From Kiritimatiellia bacterium (GTDB lineage Bacteria; Verrucomicrobiota; Kiritimatiellia; RFP12; UBA1067): a DNA stretch of 64,000 bases. This document shows, one piece after another, positions 35,930-45,287 of this stretch. The stretch covers positions 96,001-160,000 of the forward strand of contig JBMNFY010000006.1 of NCBI GenBank assembly GCA_050949565.1, in the 5' to 3' direction. The notes beneath the pieces are model-generated. The model was not told the DNA's origin. It worked only from the letters and a program-made list of their open reading frames with translations, and ran no database searches. Numbering within the stretch: position 1 is the first letter of the stretch; every line of letters begins with the position of its first letter. Position numbers and translations under genes: made by a program.

Positions 35930-37147
35930 GTGGTTAGACGGAGAATGTTCGCTATGTGGCTGGCCTGTTTCGGGCTTGCCTCGATGTCGGCATGGGGGGT
36001 GATCCAGTTTGACAACCGGTATTACAGCCCACGTAATCGCGAGAGGCCGATACGCAAGTCGACGTCGCTGATCATTCTGCATACCACGGAGGCACCCTCG
36101 CGTAGCGCGTTGCGAAAATTGAGCGACCTTGGCGAATGCCACTACTGTATCGATGAGGGGGGTCGCGTTTACCGCATCATCGACCATCGGCGCGAGGCCT
36201 ACCACGCGGGGCGCAGCATGTGGAACGGCCGTCCCAACGTGGACGGGTTTTCAGTCGGTATCGAAGTGTGCGGTTATCACAACAAGCCGCTCAACGCCGC
36301 GCAATACCGTGCGCTGGCGGACTTGATCGGCGAGGTAAAGCACATTTACAAGATCCCGGACCACAACGTAATTACGCACGCACATGTCGCGTATGGCGCG
36401 CCGAACAAGTGGCACAAGCGCAGTCACCGGGGACGCAAACGTTGCGGTATGATGTTCGCGTTGCCGTCCGTGCGCAACCGGTTGAACCTAAAATCGCGGC
36501 CGGCCTCTGATCCGGATGTCAAAGCGCGTAGGCTGGTCGTCGGTGATACCTATCTGTCGCAGGTTCTGTACGGCAAAGGGCCTGCGGCTTTGGCGGCAAG
36601 GCCTGTCGCAATCGCTAAAGAGGAGGGCAACGTGATCGTCAAAGGCCGCAGTGCGTGGGACATCGCCCGCGATGCGTACAATGACAAGACGACGCTCTAC
36701 ACCTTCCCGAACGGCACCAAAAAATTCGGCAATCAGATCGCCGACTTCAAACAACTGCCGGTCGGCACGCGGATCACGGTGCGCGCCGATGTTCAGGAAA
36801 ACCGGACCGAGACCTATCAGGTGGTGGGTGTCAATGGTAAGGCACAGGACATCGCGGGGGACGAGGCCCGACGCCCTACAACGATCTATGTCCGTCCGGA
36901 TGGCAAGTATGTGCGCGGCAGCCAACTCAGTCTTGAAGAGATCAAAAAACTGCCCTACGGCACCAAGGTGTTGGTGGGGTATTCGGTGGGGGGGCCGGTT
37001 ACGGCGAAACGTTTGGCGACCGCGATTTGCGGTAACCGGTGGCGTTCACCGGATACGTTTTTCCTGATTGAAGGCGTGCTGGTACCGGGCAACAAGGTGG
37101 ACGACGCCAAGATCCCGTCCGGCACGATGATTTTCTTTAAGAGCTGA
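35930..37147 (+). CDS. N-acetylmuramoyl-L-alanine amidase (Amidase_2) with repeated C-terminal domains
   Basis: IILHTTE, HYCID, AYHAG.S.W, SVGIEV; signal peptide. Confidence 0.85.
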   Translation: MVRRRMFAMWLACFGLASMSAWGVIQFDNRYYSPRNRERPIRKSTSLIILHTTEAPSRSALRKLSDLGECHYCIDEGGRVYRIIDHRREAYHAGRSMWNGRPNVDGFSVGIEVCGYHNKPLNAAQYRALADLIGEVKHIYKIPDHNVITHAHVAYGAPNKWHKRSHRGRKRCGMMFALPSVRNRLNLKSRPASDPDVKARRLVVGDTYLSQVLYGKGPAALAARPVAIAKEEGNVIVKGRSAWDIARDAYNDKTTLYTFPNGTKKFGNQIADFKQLPVGTRITVRADVQENRTETYQVVGVNGKAQDIAGDEARRPTTIYVRPDGKYVRGSQLSLEEIKKLPYGTKVLVGYSVGGPVTAKRLATAICGNRWRSPDTFFLIEGVLVPGNKVDDAKIPSGTMIFFKS

Positions 37148-37161
37148 GCGGGAAGTTCATT

Positions 37162-37372
37162 AGTTAATTAGTGCATGAGTGCATGAGTTGGTACGGCAGG
37201 CTAACTCCTTGCCTATAACTTGAGCGTTAAAAGTTGAACGTTGTGAGTTAAAAGTTTTTTAACTCTGAACGCTGAACGTCGAACTCTGAACTCTGAAGGT
37301 GAAAACTCCTAACTCCTAAATCCTAAATCCTAAATAAACTCTTACCTCTTACCTCTTACCTATTACTTCTCA
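37162..37372. repeat. Cluster of different heptamer tandem repeats (GTGCATGA-type, GTTAAAA/AACTCTG, ATCCTAA, CTCTTAC)
   Basis: 7-bp periodicity read directly; related units at 24726-24750, 16655-16680 and 27465-27492. Confidence 0.85.
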
Positions 37373-37920
37373 CCTCCTCGCTGTCGCTCCGCGAGCGTCC
37401 GCATGACAGCGTCGTAAATAATCTGCGGTGCCGCCATGCGTCCTTTGCCGGAGGTGCCGCAGGCGAGGTCGCCGGTGTCGGCGTCGACGAATGTCGCGCC
37501 GCGTGATTCGAGAAGGCGCATGTTCGCCTGCGTGGCAGGGTGATCCCACATGCCGGTGTTCATGGCCGGCGCAATCACGAGCGGCGCCCGCGTCGCCAGC
37601 GCGGTCGAGGTCAGAAGGTCATCTGCCAGCCCGTGCGCCAGTTTGGCGATCACATTGGCCGTGCACGGTGCGACAACCAGCACTTCCGCGCGTTCTGCCA
37701 GCGAGATGTGTCCGGGCACCCACTCTTCGGGCGCGTCGAACAAGCCGGTCGGCACTGGGTTGCGCGAGAGCGTGCGGAAGGTCAGCGGCGATACAAACTG
37801 TGTGGCCGCATCGGTCATGAGCACATGCACGGTGTGCCCGCCCTTGACGAATAGACGCGTCAACTCACACGCTTTGTAAGCGGCGATCGATCCCGTGACA
37901 CCCAGTAGGATAGTAGACAT
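37363..37920 (-). CDS. coaC: Stand-alone phosphopantothenoylcysteine decarboxylase (flavoprotein)
   Basis: GVTGSIAAYK, HISLA, APAMNTGMW, LACGTSGKGRM; no CoaB half. Confidence 0.85.
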   Translation of the reverse strand: MSTILLGVTGSIAAYKACELTRLFVKGGHTVHVLMTDAATQFVSPLTFRTLSRNPVPTGLFDAPEEWVPGHISLAERAEVLVVAPCTANVIAKLAHGLADDLLTSTALATRAPLVIAPAMNTGMWDHPATQANMRLLESRGATFVDADTGDLACGTSGKGRMAAPQIIYDAVMRTLAERQRGGEK

Positions 37921-37933
37921 GTTGTGTGGCCTC

Positions 37934-38066
37934 CGTTAGCGCCTTACGGCTCGACAAGCATAATGAAAAACAAGTAGTTTCCTCACACGAAGTCACGAAG
38001 GTCACGAAGGGTAATGGAATGGGTTGCCATGAAAAAACCTTTGTGTCCTTTGTGCCTTTATGTGAG
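37934..38066. repeat. Repeat family G (37934-37974) plus inverted nonamer pair (37982-38066)
   Basis: Matches 21523-21563 and 31073-31170 / 16330-16355. Confidence 0.85.
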
Positions 38067-38099
38067 ATTGAATTGGGTTGCGGGCTTCGCCCGCATGGG

Positions 38100-38693
38100 T
38101 CAGATCAGTTCGGCTTTGGTGTTGATGATGTCGCACAGACGGCGAAACGTGGTGTCCAGATCGTCGTTGGTGACGTGGAACATGTATTCGCTGGCGCGTG
38201 CCATCTCTTTTTGCGCATTGCGGATGCGCTTGTCAATCACCTCGTTGGAGTCGGTCGCGCGGCCTTCCAAGCGCGCCTTCAGTTCCGCCATTGAGGGCGG
38301 CGAGATGAAGATGTCGACGAAGCCCTGTTTCAGCGGGTCATCGTCCGGAAGACTGCGCACGGTGTCGCGAATTTGTGCGGCGCCTTCGACGTCGATATCG
38401 AGCAACATGCACTGTCCCTCGCGCAGCACGTCATAAACGGGCTGCTTGAGCGTGCCGTAATAGTTGTCGTGCACCAAGGCGTGCTCAAGGAATGCGCCTT
38501 CGTCGATCATGCGCTTAAAGCTTTCCTCCGGCAGGAAGTAGTAATCCTCGCCGTCCTCTTCATTCATGCGCGGCTCGCGCGTCGTGCAGGAGACGGAGTA
38601 GCAGAGTTCGGGATAGTGCTGCAACAACAGATCACACAGTGTGGTTTTTCCGGCGCCCGACGGGGCGGAAAGTATGATGAATAACGGCTTCAT
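38100..38693 (-). CDS. gmk: Guanylate kinase
   Basis: SAPSGAGKTT, SCTTREPR, YYGT, DIDVEG, FISPPS. Confidence 0.95.
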   Translation of the reverse strand: MKPLFIILSAPSGAGKTTLCDLLLQHYPELCYSVSCTTREPRMNEEDGEDYYFLPEESFKRMIDEGAFLEHALVHDNYYGTLKQPVYDVLREGQCMLLDIDVEGAAQIRDTVRSLPDDDPLKQGFVDIFISPPSMAELKARLEGRATDSNEVIDKRIRNAQKEMARASEYMFHVTNDDLDTTFRRLCDIINTKAELI

Positions 38694-38719
38694 GTCACTC
38701 GTTTCCCATTTACATGCGA

Positions 38720-41700
38720 TCAGTGCGACGAGGGAACGGCGTCGACCGCATTTTCAAATTCTGACTGTAACTCTGACGGCAACAACCGAGCGTGCTTTTT
38801 ATGGACATCCCGGCTGAAAAGGCTGTAAAGAACCGGAACCAAGATCAGTGTCACAATCGTTGAGAACGAGAGTCCACCGATCACGGTCACGCCCATGGGC
38901 TTCCAGGTCTCTGAACCTTCTCCACCTGCCAGTGCGAGAGGCATCATACCAAAAACTGTCGTGAGTGTGGTAATTAAGACCGGGCGCAAGCGTTGGCGTC
39001 CGCTTTGCCGGATGGCGTCGGTCATGTTTTCGCCGCGCGCGCGCAGCGTGTTGATGTAGTCGACCAGCACAATGCCGTTGTTGACGCCGGTGCCGACCAG
39101 CAGGATGATGCCGATGAAACTGAACATGTTGAAGGTCATGTCGAAGGCATAGAGGCCGAGCAAAACCCCGGAAAAGGCAAAGGGTAACGCGAGAAAGATC
39201 ACGAACGGATCGATGAGCGATTCGAACTGGGCGGCCATGACCATGTAGACGAGCACGAGGCCCAGGATGGTCAGCCCGATCAGGTCGGCGAACGCTTCGG
39301 CCTGCTCTTTGACCATACCGCCGTAGGTGATGTGTGTAGCTTCGGGCAGGACGATCTCCCTGGCAATACCTTCTTTGATACTGGCTACCACGTCGCCGAT
39401 CGACCGCCCGAAGTAGTCGACCTCCACTTTCACCATGCGTTCCTGATCTTTGCGCTCGATATCAAGCGGCCCCAGATCCTGGACCACCTCGGCGATGGAG
39501 TCAATGCGGACACGTCTACCGTTGGGCAGAACCACTTCCGAGTCCAGAATGTCTGCGAGTTGACTGCGGCGCGACTCCTTCAGACGCATGAAGATCCAGT
39601 ACTCGTTTTCGCCTTCGCGGAAGTCAGAGGCCTCTTTACCGTAAAAGAGGGTGCGGACCGTTTCAACTACGTCTGAAACATTCAACCCGAGCGTCGCGAT
39701 TTTGAGGCGATCCACCTGAACCAGCAGTTCCGGCTTGCCGTCGTCCATGCTGACGCTGGCGTCGCGGGCACCCGGCGTACGGTCGCACAGTCCTTTGATC
39801 TCCTCGGCGACGCGGCGCGTCTGCTCAAGGTCATGCCCCAAGATTTCAATTACGATCGGCTGGCCGCCCCCGCTGAAACGCCCCATCTGGCGATTGACGG
39901 TGCTCATGCTGGTCTTCACGAATTCCGGCTTGCTGCGTAGCGTGTCGAGCAAGCGCCGCCCGGCCTCACGCGCGGTGAAATCGCGTTGATCCATGGGAGT
40001 CAACTTGAACTCGACACGCCCGATGTGTGAGCCTTGGCGGCGCGAACCGAATTTTGAGTCGCCGCACCGCCAGCGCGTATTGATAATGTGTTCTTCGCCG
40101 ATCAGGCGGATGCCGAGTTGGCGTGTTGCTTCGCAGATGCGGGCGGTCTCCTCGACGCGCGTGCCGAGCCCGAGTTCGAAATTGACTGTCAGATCGCCCG
40201 AGTCGGTGTCAGGCGTAAATTCGGAGCCGATGAGCGGAAAGAGCGCCAGCGAGAAGCAAAATATGGCGAAGGCCCCCACGCAGACCAGACCGCGCCAGCG
40301 CAGAGCCCAGCCCAGCAGGCGGGAGTAGGCCTCTTCGATCCGTGTGAGCATCGCTTCGCTTGTCCGGTAGAGCGCGCGCCCGATAAAACCACCGCCGATC
40401 GCGTCGCGGTCTTCCTTCAGCAAATAAGCGGCGAGCATCGGGGTGAGCATCAACGAACAAAAGAGACTTGCCATCAGTGTCACGGTGATGATGCCGCCGA
40501 GCTGGCCGAAGAAGATTCCGGCCATGCCGGTGACAAAGATCAGCGGCACAAAGACCGCCACGGTGGTCAAGGTGCTGGCTGAAATCGCGAGCCCGACTTC
40601 ACTGGTCGCGTACAGGGCGGCTTCACGCAACTTGACACCACGACGCGTGTAGCTGTCAATGTTTTCAAGGACAACCACCGCGTTATCCACAACCATGCCG
40701 ATTGCCACGGAGAGCGAGGAGAGCGAAATGATGTTGATCGTCCAGCCCCGGACGAACATAAAGAAAAACGCGATGATCAGCGAAAAGGGAATCGTCAACA
40801 CGATGACCAGTGAGGCGCGGATTGTCCTCAAAAAGACGAATGTCGTGAGCGTCACGAAAAGGCCACCCCACATCAGCGTCTCGGTCACATTGCGTAGCGA
40901 CTGGCGGATGAAGTCGCTGGAGTTCATCAGGTTCACGATACGGATGTCTTGCGGCATGAATGCCATATATTCCTCAACCGCCTTCAGCACGGAATCGCAG
41001 ACCGCTAAGGTATTGGCGCCGGAGCGTTTTTGTATCACGAAGATCACGCTTTGTTTGCCGTTCGCGCCGGAAAGCCGCGTCTGTTCCTCGAAGCCGTCGT
41101 ACACGTCAGCGACATCCCGCAAATAGATGGCACCGCCGGCCTCATTACGCTTCACGACGATGTCCTTGGCCTCTTCAGGATCTTCGAACTCCCCAGGCAC
41201 GCGCACTGTATACTCGATGAGGCCGTTTTTAATGCTGCCTGCGGGCAGGGTGAGGTTCTCGCGGGCGATGGCCTTTTCAATCTCGTTGAGCGTCAGGCCG
41301 TAGCCGGCCAGTTTCATCGGGTCGATGTCGATGTTGATCTGGCGGTGAAGACCGCCGTACACGTTGACGGCACCCACGCCCGGCAGACGCTTCAGGGCGT
41401 CGCCCAAGTCATCTTCGATGATGTCGTAAAGCTTCTCCCACGACTCTTTTGCGGTGGCCGCAAAGCTCAAGACGGGCATCGCGGAACTGTTGAATTTGTA
41501 GATGATCGGCTCTTCGATGTCATCAGGCAGATACCGGCGCGACACGCTGACCCGGTCGCGGATATCATTCGCGGCTTCCTCAAGGTCGGTGCCCCAGTCG
41601 AACATGCAGGTGATGGCGGAGACGCCTTCGCGCGTGCGGCTCGTCACCTCGTCGAGGTTGTTGACGATGCTGAGTTGGTTCTCGATAACGCGCGTGACGC

Positions 41701-41884
41701 GGCCCTCGACATCCTCGACGCTGGCACCCGGCCATTGCGTGACAACAGTGACTGATGGTGTCTCAACCTCGGGGAAGAGGTCGATGGGCAGCCGCACCAG
41801 CGAGACCAAGCCCAGCACGAGGATGGCGATAAACACCATCAGCGTGAAGATCGGTCGTTTGACTCCGAGTTCGGGCAGACGCAT
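38720..41884 (-). CDS. RND efflux permease (AcrB/AcrD/AcrF family)
   Basis: GMVVDNAVVVLEN, RLRPVLITTLTT, twelve-TM two-repeat architecture. Confidence 0.95.
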   Translation of the reverse strand: MRLPELGVKRPIFTLMVFIAILVLGLVSLVRLPIDLFPEVETPSVTVVTQWPGASVEDVEGRVTRVIENQLSIVNNLDEVTSRTREGVSAITCMFDWGTDLEEAANDIRDRVSVSRRYLPDDIEEPIIYKFNSSAMPVLSFAATAKESWEKLYDIIEDDLGDALKRLPGVGAVNVYGGLHRQINIDIDPMKLAGYGLTLNEIEKAIARENLTLPAGSIKNGLIEYTVRVPGEFEDPEEAKDIVVKRNEAGGAIYLRDVADVYDGFEEQTRLSGANGKQSVIFVIQKRSGANTLAVCDSVLKAVEEYMAFMPQDIRIVNLMNSSDFIRQSLRNVTETLMWGGLFVTLTTFVFLRTIRASLVIVLTIPFSLIIAFFFMFVRGWTINIISLSSLSVAIGMVVDNAVVVLENIDSYTRRGVKLREAALYATSEVGLAISASTLTTVAVFVPLIFVTGMAGIFFGQLGGIITVTLMASLFCSLMLTPMLAAYLLKEDRDAIGGGFIGRALYRTSEAMLTRIEEAYSRLLGWALRWRGLVCVGAFAIFCFSLALFPLIGSEFTPDTDSGDLTVNFELGLGTRVEETARICEATRQLGIRLIGEEHIINTRWRCGDSKFGSRRQGSHIGRVEFKLTPMDQRDFTAREAGRRLLDTLRSKPEFVKTSMSTVNRQMGRFSGGGQPIVIEILGHDLEQTRRVAEEIKGLCDRTPGARDASVSMDDGKPELLVQVDRLKIATLGLNVSDVVETVRTLFYGKEASDFREGENEYWIFMRLKESRRSQLADILDSEVVLPNGRRVRIDSIAEVVQDLGPLDIERKDQERMVKVEVDYFGRSIGDVVASIKEGIAREIVLPEATHITYGGMVKEQAEAFADLIGLTILGLVLVYMVMAAQFESLIDPFVIFLALPFAFSGVLLGLYAFDMTFNMFSFIGIILLVGTGVNNGIVLVDYINTLRARGENMTDAIRQSGRQRLRPVLITTLTTVFGMMPLALAGGEGSETWKPMGVTVIGGLSFSTIVTLILVPVLYSLFSRDVHKKHARLLPSELQSEFENAVDAVPSSH

Positions 41885-41886
41885 CG

Positions 41887-43092
41887 TTACTTCCTCTGTC
41901 CGTCGTCCTGTTCATCGGTGAGTCGAACCGGTATGCCGTCGGTCAGCCGATGCTGTCCCATGACCACCACCTGCTCGCCAGCCGCGAGCCCCTGCAGAAT
42001 CTCCAGGCGATTGCTGTCGCGCACGCCGACCGTCAATTCGCGTGTCTCAGCCTTGCCGTCCTTGACCACAAAGGCGAGGAACCGCGCGCCGCGCCGCAAC
42101 GCCACGTCGGCGGGGAGCGTCACGGTGTCGCGCCGGATGTTCAGAATGATATGACCTTCCGCATAGAGACCGGGGCGCAACAACCACTCCCCAGCGTCAC
42201 TGCACTCGTTTTTGAGGCGCACCTCCACCGTAGCGGTGCGCGTGATCGGATCGACCGCCGGATGGATGTGAGCGATCAATCCGACGAACACACGATCGGG
42301 GACGGCATCGGAACGGACGGTGACGGTCGTCTCGCCTGCCGTGAGCATGTGCAGATAGGGACCGGGGATGGCGATCATGAACTTGAGTTCATCCATGGGG
42401 ATGATCTGGACGATCTTGGTTGAGGCGCTGACCATGGCACCGGGGTCAATGTATTTCGCGCTGACGACGCCATCCATTGGGGCATGTAGAAAGGCTTCGG
42501 TCAGCGTCACTTCGATCACGCCAACAGCAGTCTGCGCATGCGTCAGGTTTGCCTCGGCCTGCGCGACGCCCGTGATGGCTTGTTCGTGGGCGGTGACGGC
42601 GAGGTCGCGCTGCTGCTCGGTGGTGGAGCCCTCGGCAAACAGCTTCTCCATGCGCTTACGCTCGCGCTCGCGATCCTTGAGCACGACGTTGGCCGTCGCG
42701 ACTGCGGTCCGCGCAGCTTCAACTGCCGCCTTGGCTTGCGCCAACTGGGCGCGGATATCACGATGGTCAATCACCGCAATCACCTGTTGGTTGGTGACGG
42801 CGAGTCCCTCCCAGACCGGTGTGCCGTCGTCCAAGGCCAGGCGTTCCAGCCGTCCCGAAATTTTCGGCACGACATCTACCGTCCGGATGGCCTCCAGCGA
42901 TCCGGTCAGTTTGATGGCGTTGGTCACGCATCCGGTTTGAACCGTCATGACGCGGACGGGTAGGGCGGCGCGCCCCTTTTGTTCGGTCGGTGGATTTGCC
43001 TTTTCTTTGGCGAGACCGTAGCTGTAATATGCGCCGTATGCGACGGCTGCCATCAGCGCCAGATACACGATGGCTTTCAAAAGCTTTTTCAT
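41887..43092 (-). CDS. RND periplasmic adaptor (membrane fusion protein)
   Basis: N-terminal TM, helical hairpin, APMDGVV, LRPGLY, GLAAGEQVV. Confidence 0.92.
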   Translation of the reverse strand: MKKLLKAIVYLALMAAVAYGAYYSYGLAKEKANPPTEQKGRAALPVRVMTVQTGCVTNAIKLTGSLEAIRTVDVVPKISGRLERLALDDGTPVWEGLAVTNQQVIAVIDHRDIRAQLAQAKAAVEAARTAVATANVVLKDRERERKRMEKLFAEGSTTEQQRDLAVTAHEQAITGVAQAEANLTHAQTAVGVIEVTLTEAFLHAPMDGVVSAKYIDPGAMVSASTKIVQIIPMDELKFMIAIPGPYLHMLTAGETTVTVRSDAVPDRVFVGLIAHIHPAVDPITRTATVEVRLKNECSDAGEWLLRPGLYAEGHIILNIRRDTVTLPADVALRRGARFLAFVVKDGKAETRELTVGVRDSNRLEILQGLAAGEQVVVMGQHRLTDGIPVRLTDEQDDGQRK

Positions 43093-44459
43093 TTGCTATC
43101 CATGTCCTTGCCCAGAAGGCCCGTTGCTTGCTCCAGCGAAAGCCGTGCCATACAGTGGTCGAAGAGCGCGCGGTAGTGATTGCCGCGTGCCTCCGTCAGT
43201 GATGAACGCGCATCAACCACCTCGACTTCGGTATTAACGCCTTCGCGGTAGCCGGTCATAGCCAGCCGCAACCCCTCTTCAGCGTGTTGCAGGTTGAGGC
43301 GTTGTGATTCGACGTACTCCTCCGCGTTCTTCAGGTTCAGCAACGCTTGCTGGACATCCAGAAAGACATCCTCTTCCACGCTTTTCAATTCGATCTCGCG
43401 CTGGCGCAGCTTGGCTTTGGCGGCGATCAGTTCGCCTTCCCTACCGAATCCGTCGAAGATCGGCCAGTTCAACTCCAGCGCCGCACGTTGTGTGCCGGAC
43501 CACTCATCGTCACCGTCGCGTGCGCGGTCGGTACCGGCGCTGAGGGCGAGATCGACTTCCGGCAGGTAGGTGCTTTGCAGCGCACGGACATTCTCGCGCT
43601 GCATGCGGATGTTCAACTCCGCCATGTAGAGGTCGGGCCGGTTGGCATACGCTATTTCGATCGCCTCCTCCAGCGTCGTCTCGACCGGTGCATGAAGTAA
43701 CTGGTCCGCCAGTTTGATTGGCGCGTCGGTGGCGGTTCCAAGCGTGCGCAACAGGCTGGTTTTGGCGAGCACGAGATTGTTCTCCTGACGGATGAGTTCG
43801 GCGCGGAAGTTGGCCACATCGACCTGTGCACGTAGCTCGTCATATTTCGAGGCCACGCCGTTGACACGCTTGACCCGGACATCGCTCAGGTGCGCCTCGG
43901 CAGACACCACCGCGTCACGGTTGACTTGACACAGGTTATCCGCCAACAGGGCGGTGTAGTAAGCGGTGGTGACCTGTTTGATAACAGTTTGGATGGTGTC
44001 ACGCACGCTTTCGTCTGACCAGAAGGCGAACAGCTTGGCGGCGCGCAGAGCTGCCGTCGCACCGCCGCCGCGGAACAGCGGCTGCCGGAAGGAGATGCCG
44101 GCGCTGTCGGCGTCGCGGGTGCCGTGCGCCGTCGAAGCCGTCGCATCGACACGGGGCAGGGCAAGCCGGTGGGCGGAGACCAGTTGGCCTCGTGCGACTT
44201 CGCGCTCTTGGACTTTGGCCTGCAACGACTTGTTGTAGAGCAAGGCGATGCGCACCGCCTCATCCAGCGAGAGGTTTTCGGCGGGGACCGGAATATCCCC
44301 GTCTTCACGTAACCGCAACCAAGCGTCATAGGCCTCGTCGCGCGTTTCTAGCAGTTCATCATACAGCGCGTCGCGCGTGAGGCATCCGGCCAGACAAACC
44401 GTACACAACCCCGTCACGCAGACACGCCCCCACATGCCGTGTCTCGTCGTCATTCTCAT
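43089..44459 (-). CDS. TolC-family outer membrane efflux lipoprotein
   Basis: LAGC lipobox, LSLDEAVRIAL, WPIFDG, YREG. Confidence 0.92.
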   Translation of the reverse strand: MRMTTRHGMWGRVCVTGLCTVCLAGCLTRDALYDELLETRDEAYDAWLRLREDGDIPVPAENLSLDEAVRIALLYNKSLQAKVQEREVARGQLVSAHRLALPRVDATASTAHGTRDADSAGISFRQPLFRGGGATAALRAAKLFAFWSDESVRDTIQTVIKQVTTAYYTALLADNLCQVNRDAVVSAEAHLSDVRVKRVNGVASKYDELRAQVDVANFRAELIRQENNLVLAKTSLLRTLGTATDAPIKLADQLLHAPVETTLEEAIEIAYANRPDLYMAELNIRMQRENVRALQSTYLPEVDLALSAGTDRARDGDDEWSGTQRAALELNWPIFDGFGREGELIAAKAKLRQREIELKSVEEDVFLDVQQALLNLKNAEEYVESQRLNLQHAEEGLRLAMTGYREGVNTEVEVVDARSSLTEARGNHYRALFDHCMARLSLEQATGLLGKDMDSK

Positions 44460-44686
44460 CTTCCCCGATGCGTGCGTCCCCGCCTCTGAGAGTTAAAGCT
44501 GAAAGTGGGGCATTATAGCGCGGGACTCTATTCTGTGTATACTCATTTTGTTGAGCCGTAGCGGCTCCGCAGCGGCTCATTCGCGCACTTAAAACTTCTT
44601 AAAATTTGTTTCCGTGATTGGCGACGGGGGGGCAATGTGGTACCTTACATCACCGTGATTCACGGAGTGTATTGCGTTGGAGACAT

Positions 44687-45142
44687 ATGGCGAGTTTTGA
44701 AGAGATTATCGAGAAGAGTCTGGTCTGCCTCAATTTGACAGACAACGAAGGGTCGCTTGTGATCAAGACCCTGATCGACCAAGCGGTGCAGGAAGGGCTG
44801 CTGGCGGCGGAACACCGGGATGCCGCTGTCAAAGCGGTCATCAACCGGGAATTGAGTGCGTCAACCGCTCTACCTGACGGTATCGCTCTGCCGCATGGGC
44901 GCGTTGAGTGTGTGCAGGATATCGTGTGCATGCTCGGCATCCACCCGCAGGGCATCGCGTTCGGTGCCCCTGACAACCGTGTCACGCATGTCTTTGTTTT
45001 GTTGCTGGTGCCGGCGACGGTCGCCTGTAACCATATCCACTTTTTAGCTAGGCTTAGCCGCCGTCTCATGGAGGCTTCAGTGCGCAATGATCTGTTGGCG
45101 GCACAATCGCGGGAAGAAGTGTTGAGGACAATTTTAAGTTGA
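44687..45142 (+). CDS. PTS IIA domain protein (Fru/Ntr type)
   Basis: [14 protein letters not shown] phospho-His motif, FGAPD. Confidence 0.88.
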   Translation: MASFEEIIEKSLVCLNLTDNEGSLVIKTLIDQAVQEGLLAAEHRDAAVKAVINRELSASTALPDGIALPHGRVECVQDIVCMLGIHPQGIAFGAPDNRVTHVFVLLLVPATVACNHIHFLARLSRRLMEASVRNDLLAAQSREEVLRTILS

Positions 45143-45163
45143 GTTTTGTTTTTTCAGTTTCTT

Positions 45164-45265
45164 GAGGATCTTGCAAGCCCCTCGTGGCATGGGCGTCCCG
45201 CCCATGAAACACGGGCAAGATGCCCGTGCCACACCTGTGCAAGCAGGAGGTTTTGCAAGAGCCTC
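45164..45265. repeat. Repeat family A element upstream of purL
   Basis: GAGGATCTTGCAA...TTGCAAGAGCCTC ends with the REP-like doublet core. Confidence 0.9.
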
Positions 45266-45287
45266 TCTTAAAGGTAAGGAATATTCC

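Noticed and set aside
38720-44459. RND triad as a novel system
   Set aside because: Ordinary TolC-MFP-AcrB arrangement
45162-45287. N-terminal extensions of PurL (and of the deacetylase, 968-1093) through repeat A
   Set aside because: Better RBS-ATG starts lie downstream of the repeat at 45288 and 1094, unlike the case at 29266
45143-45287. Purine-related riboswitch upstream of purL
   Set aside because: The structured sequence is fully explained by repeat family A; no riboswitch consensus recognised
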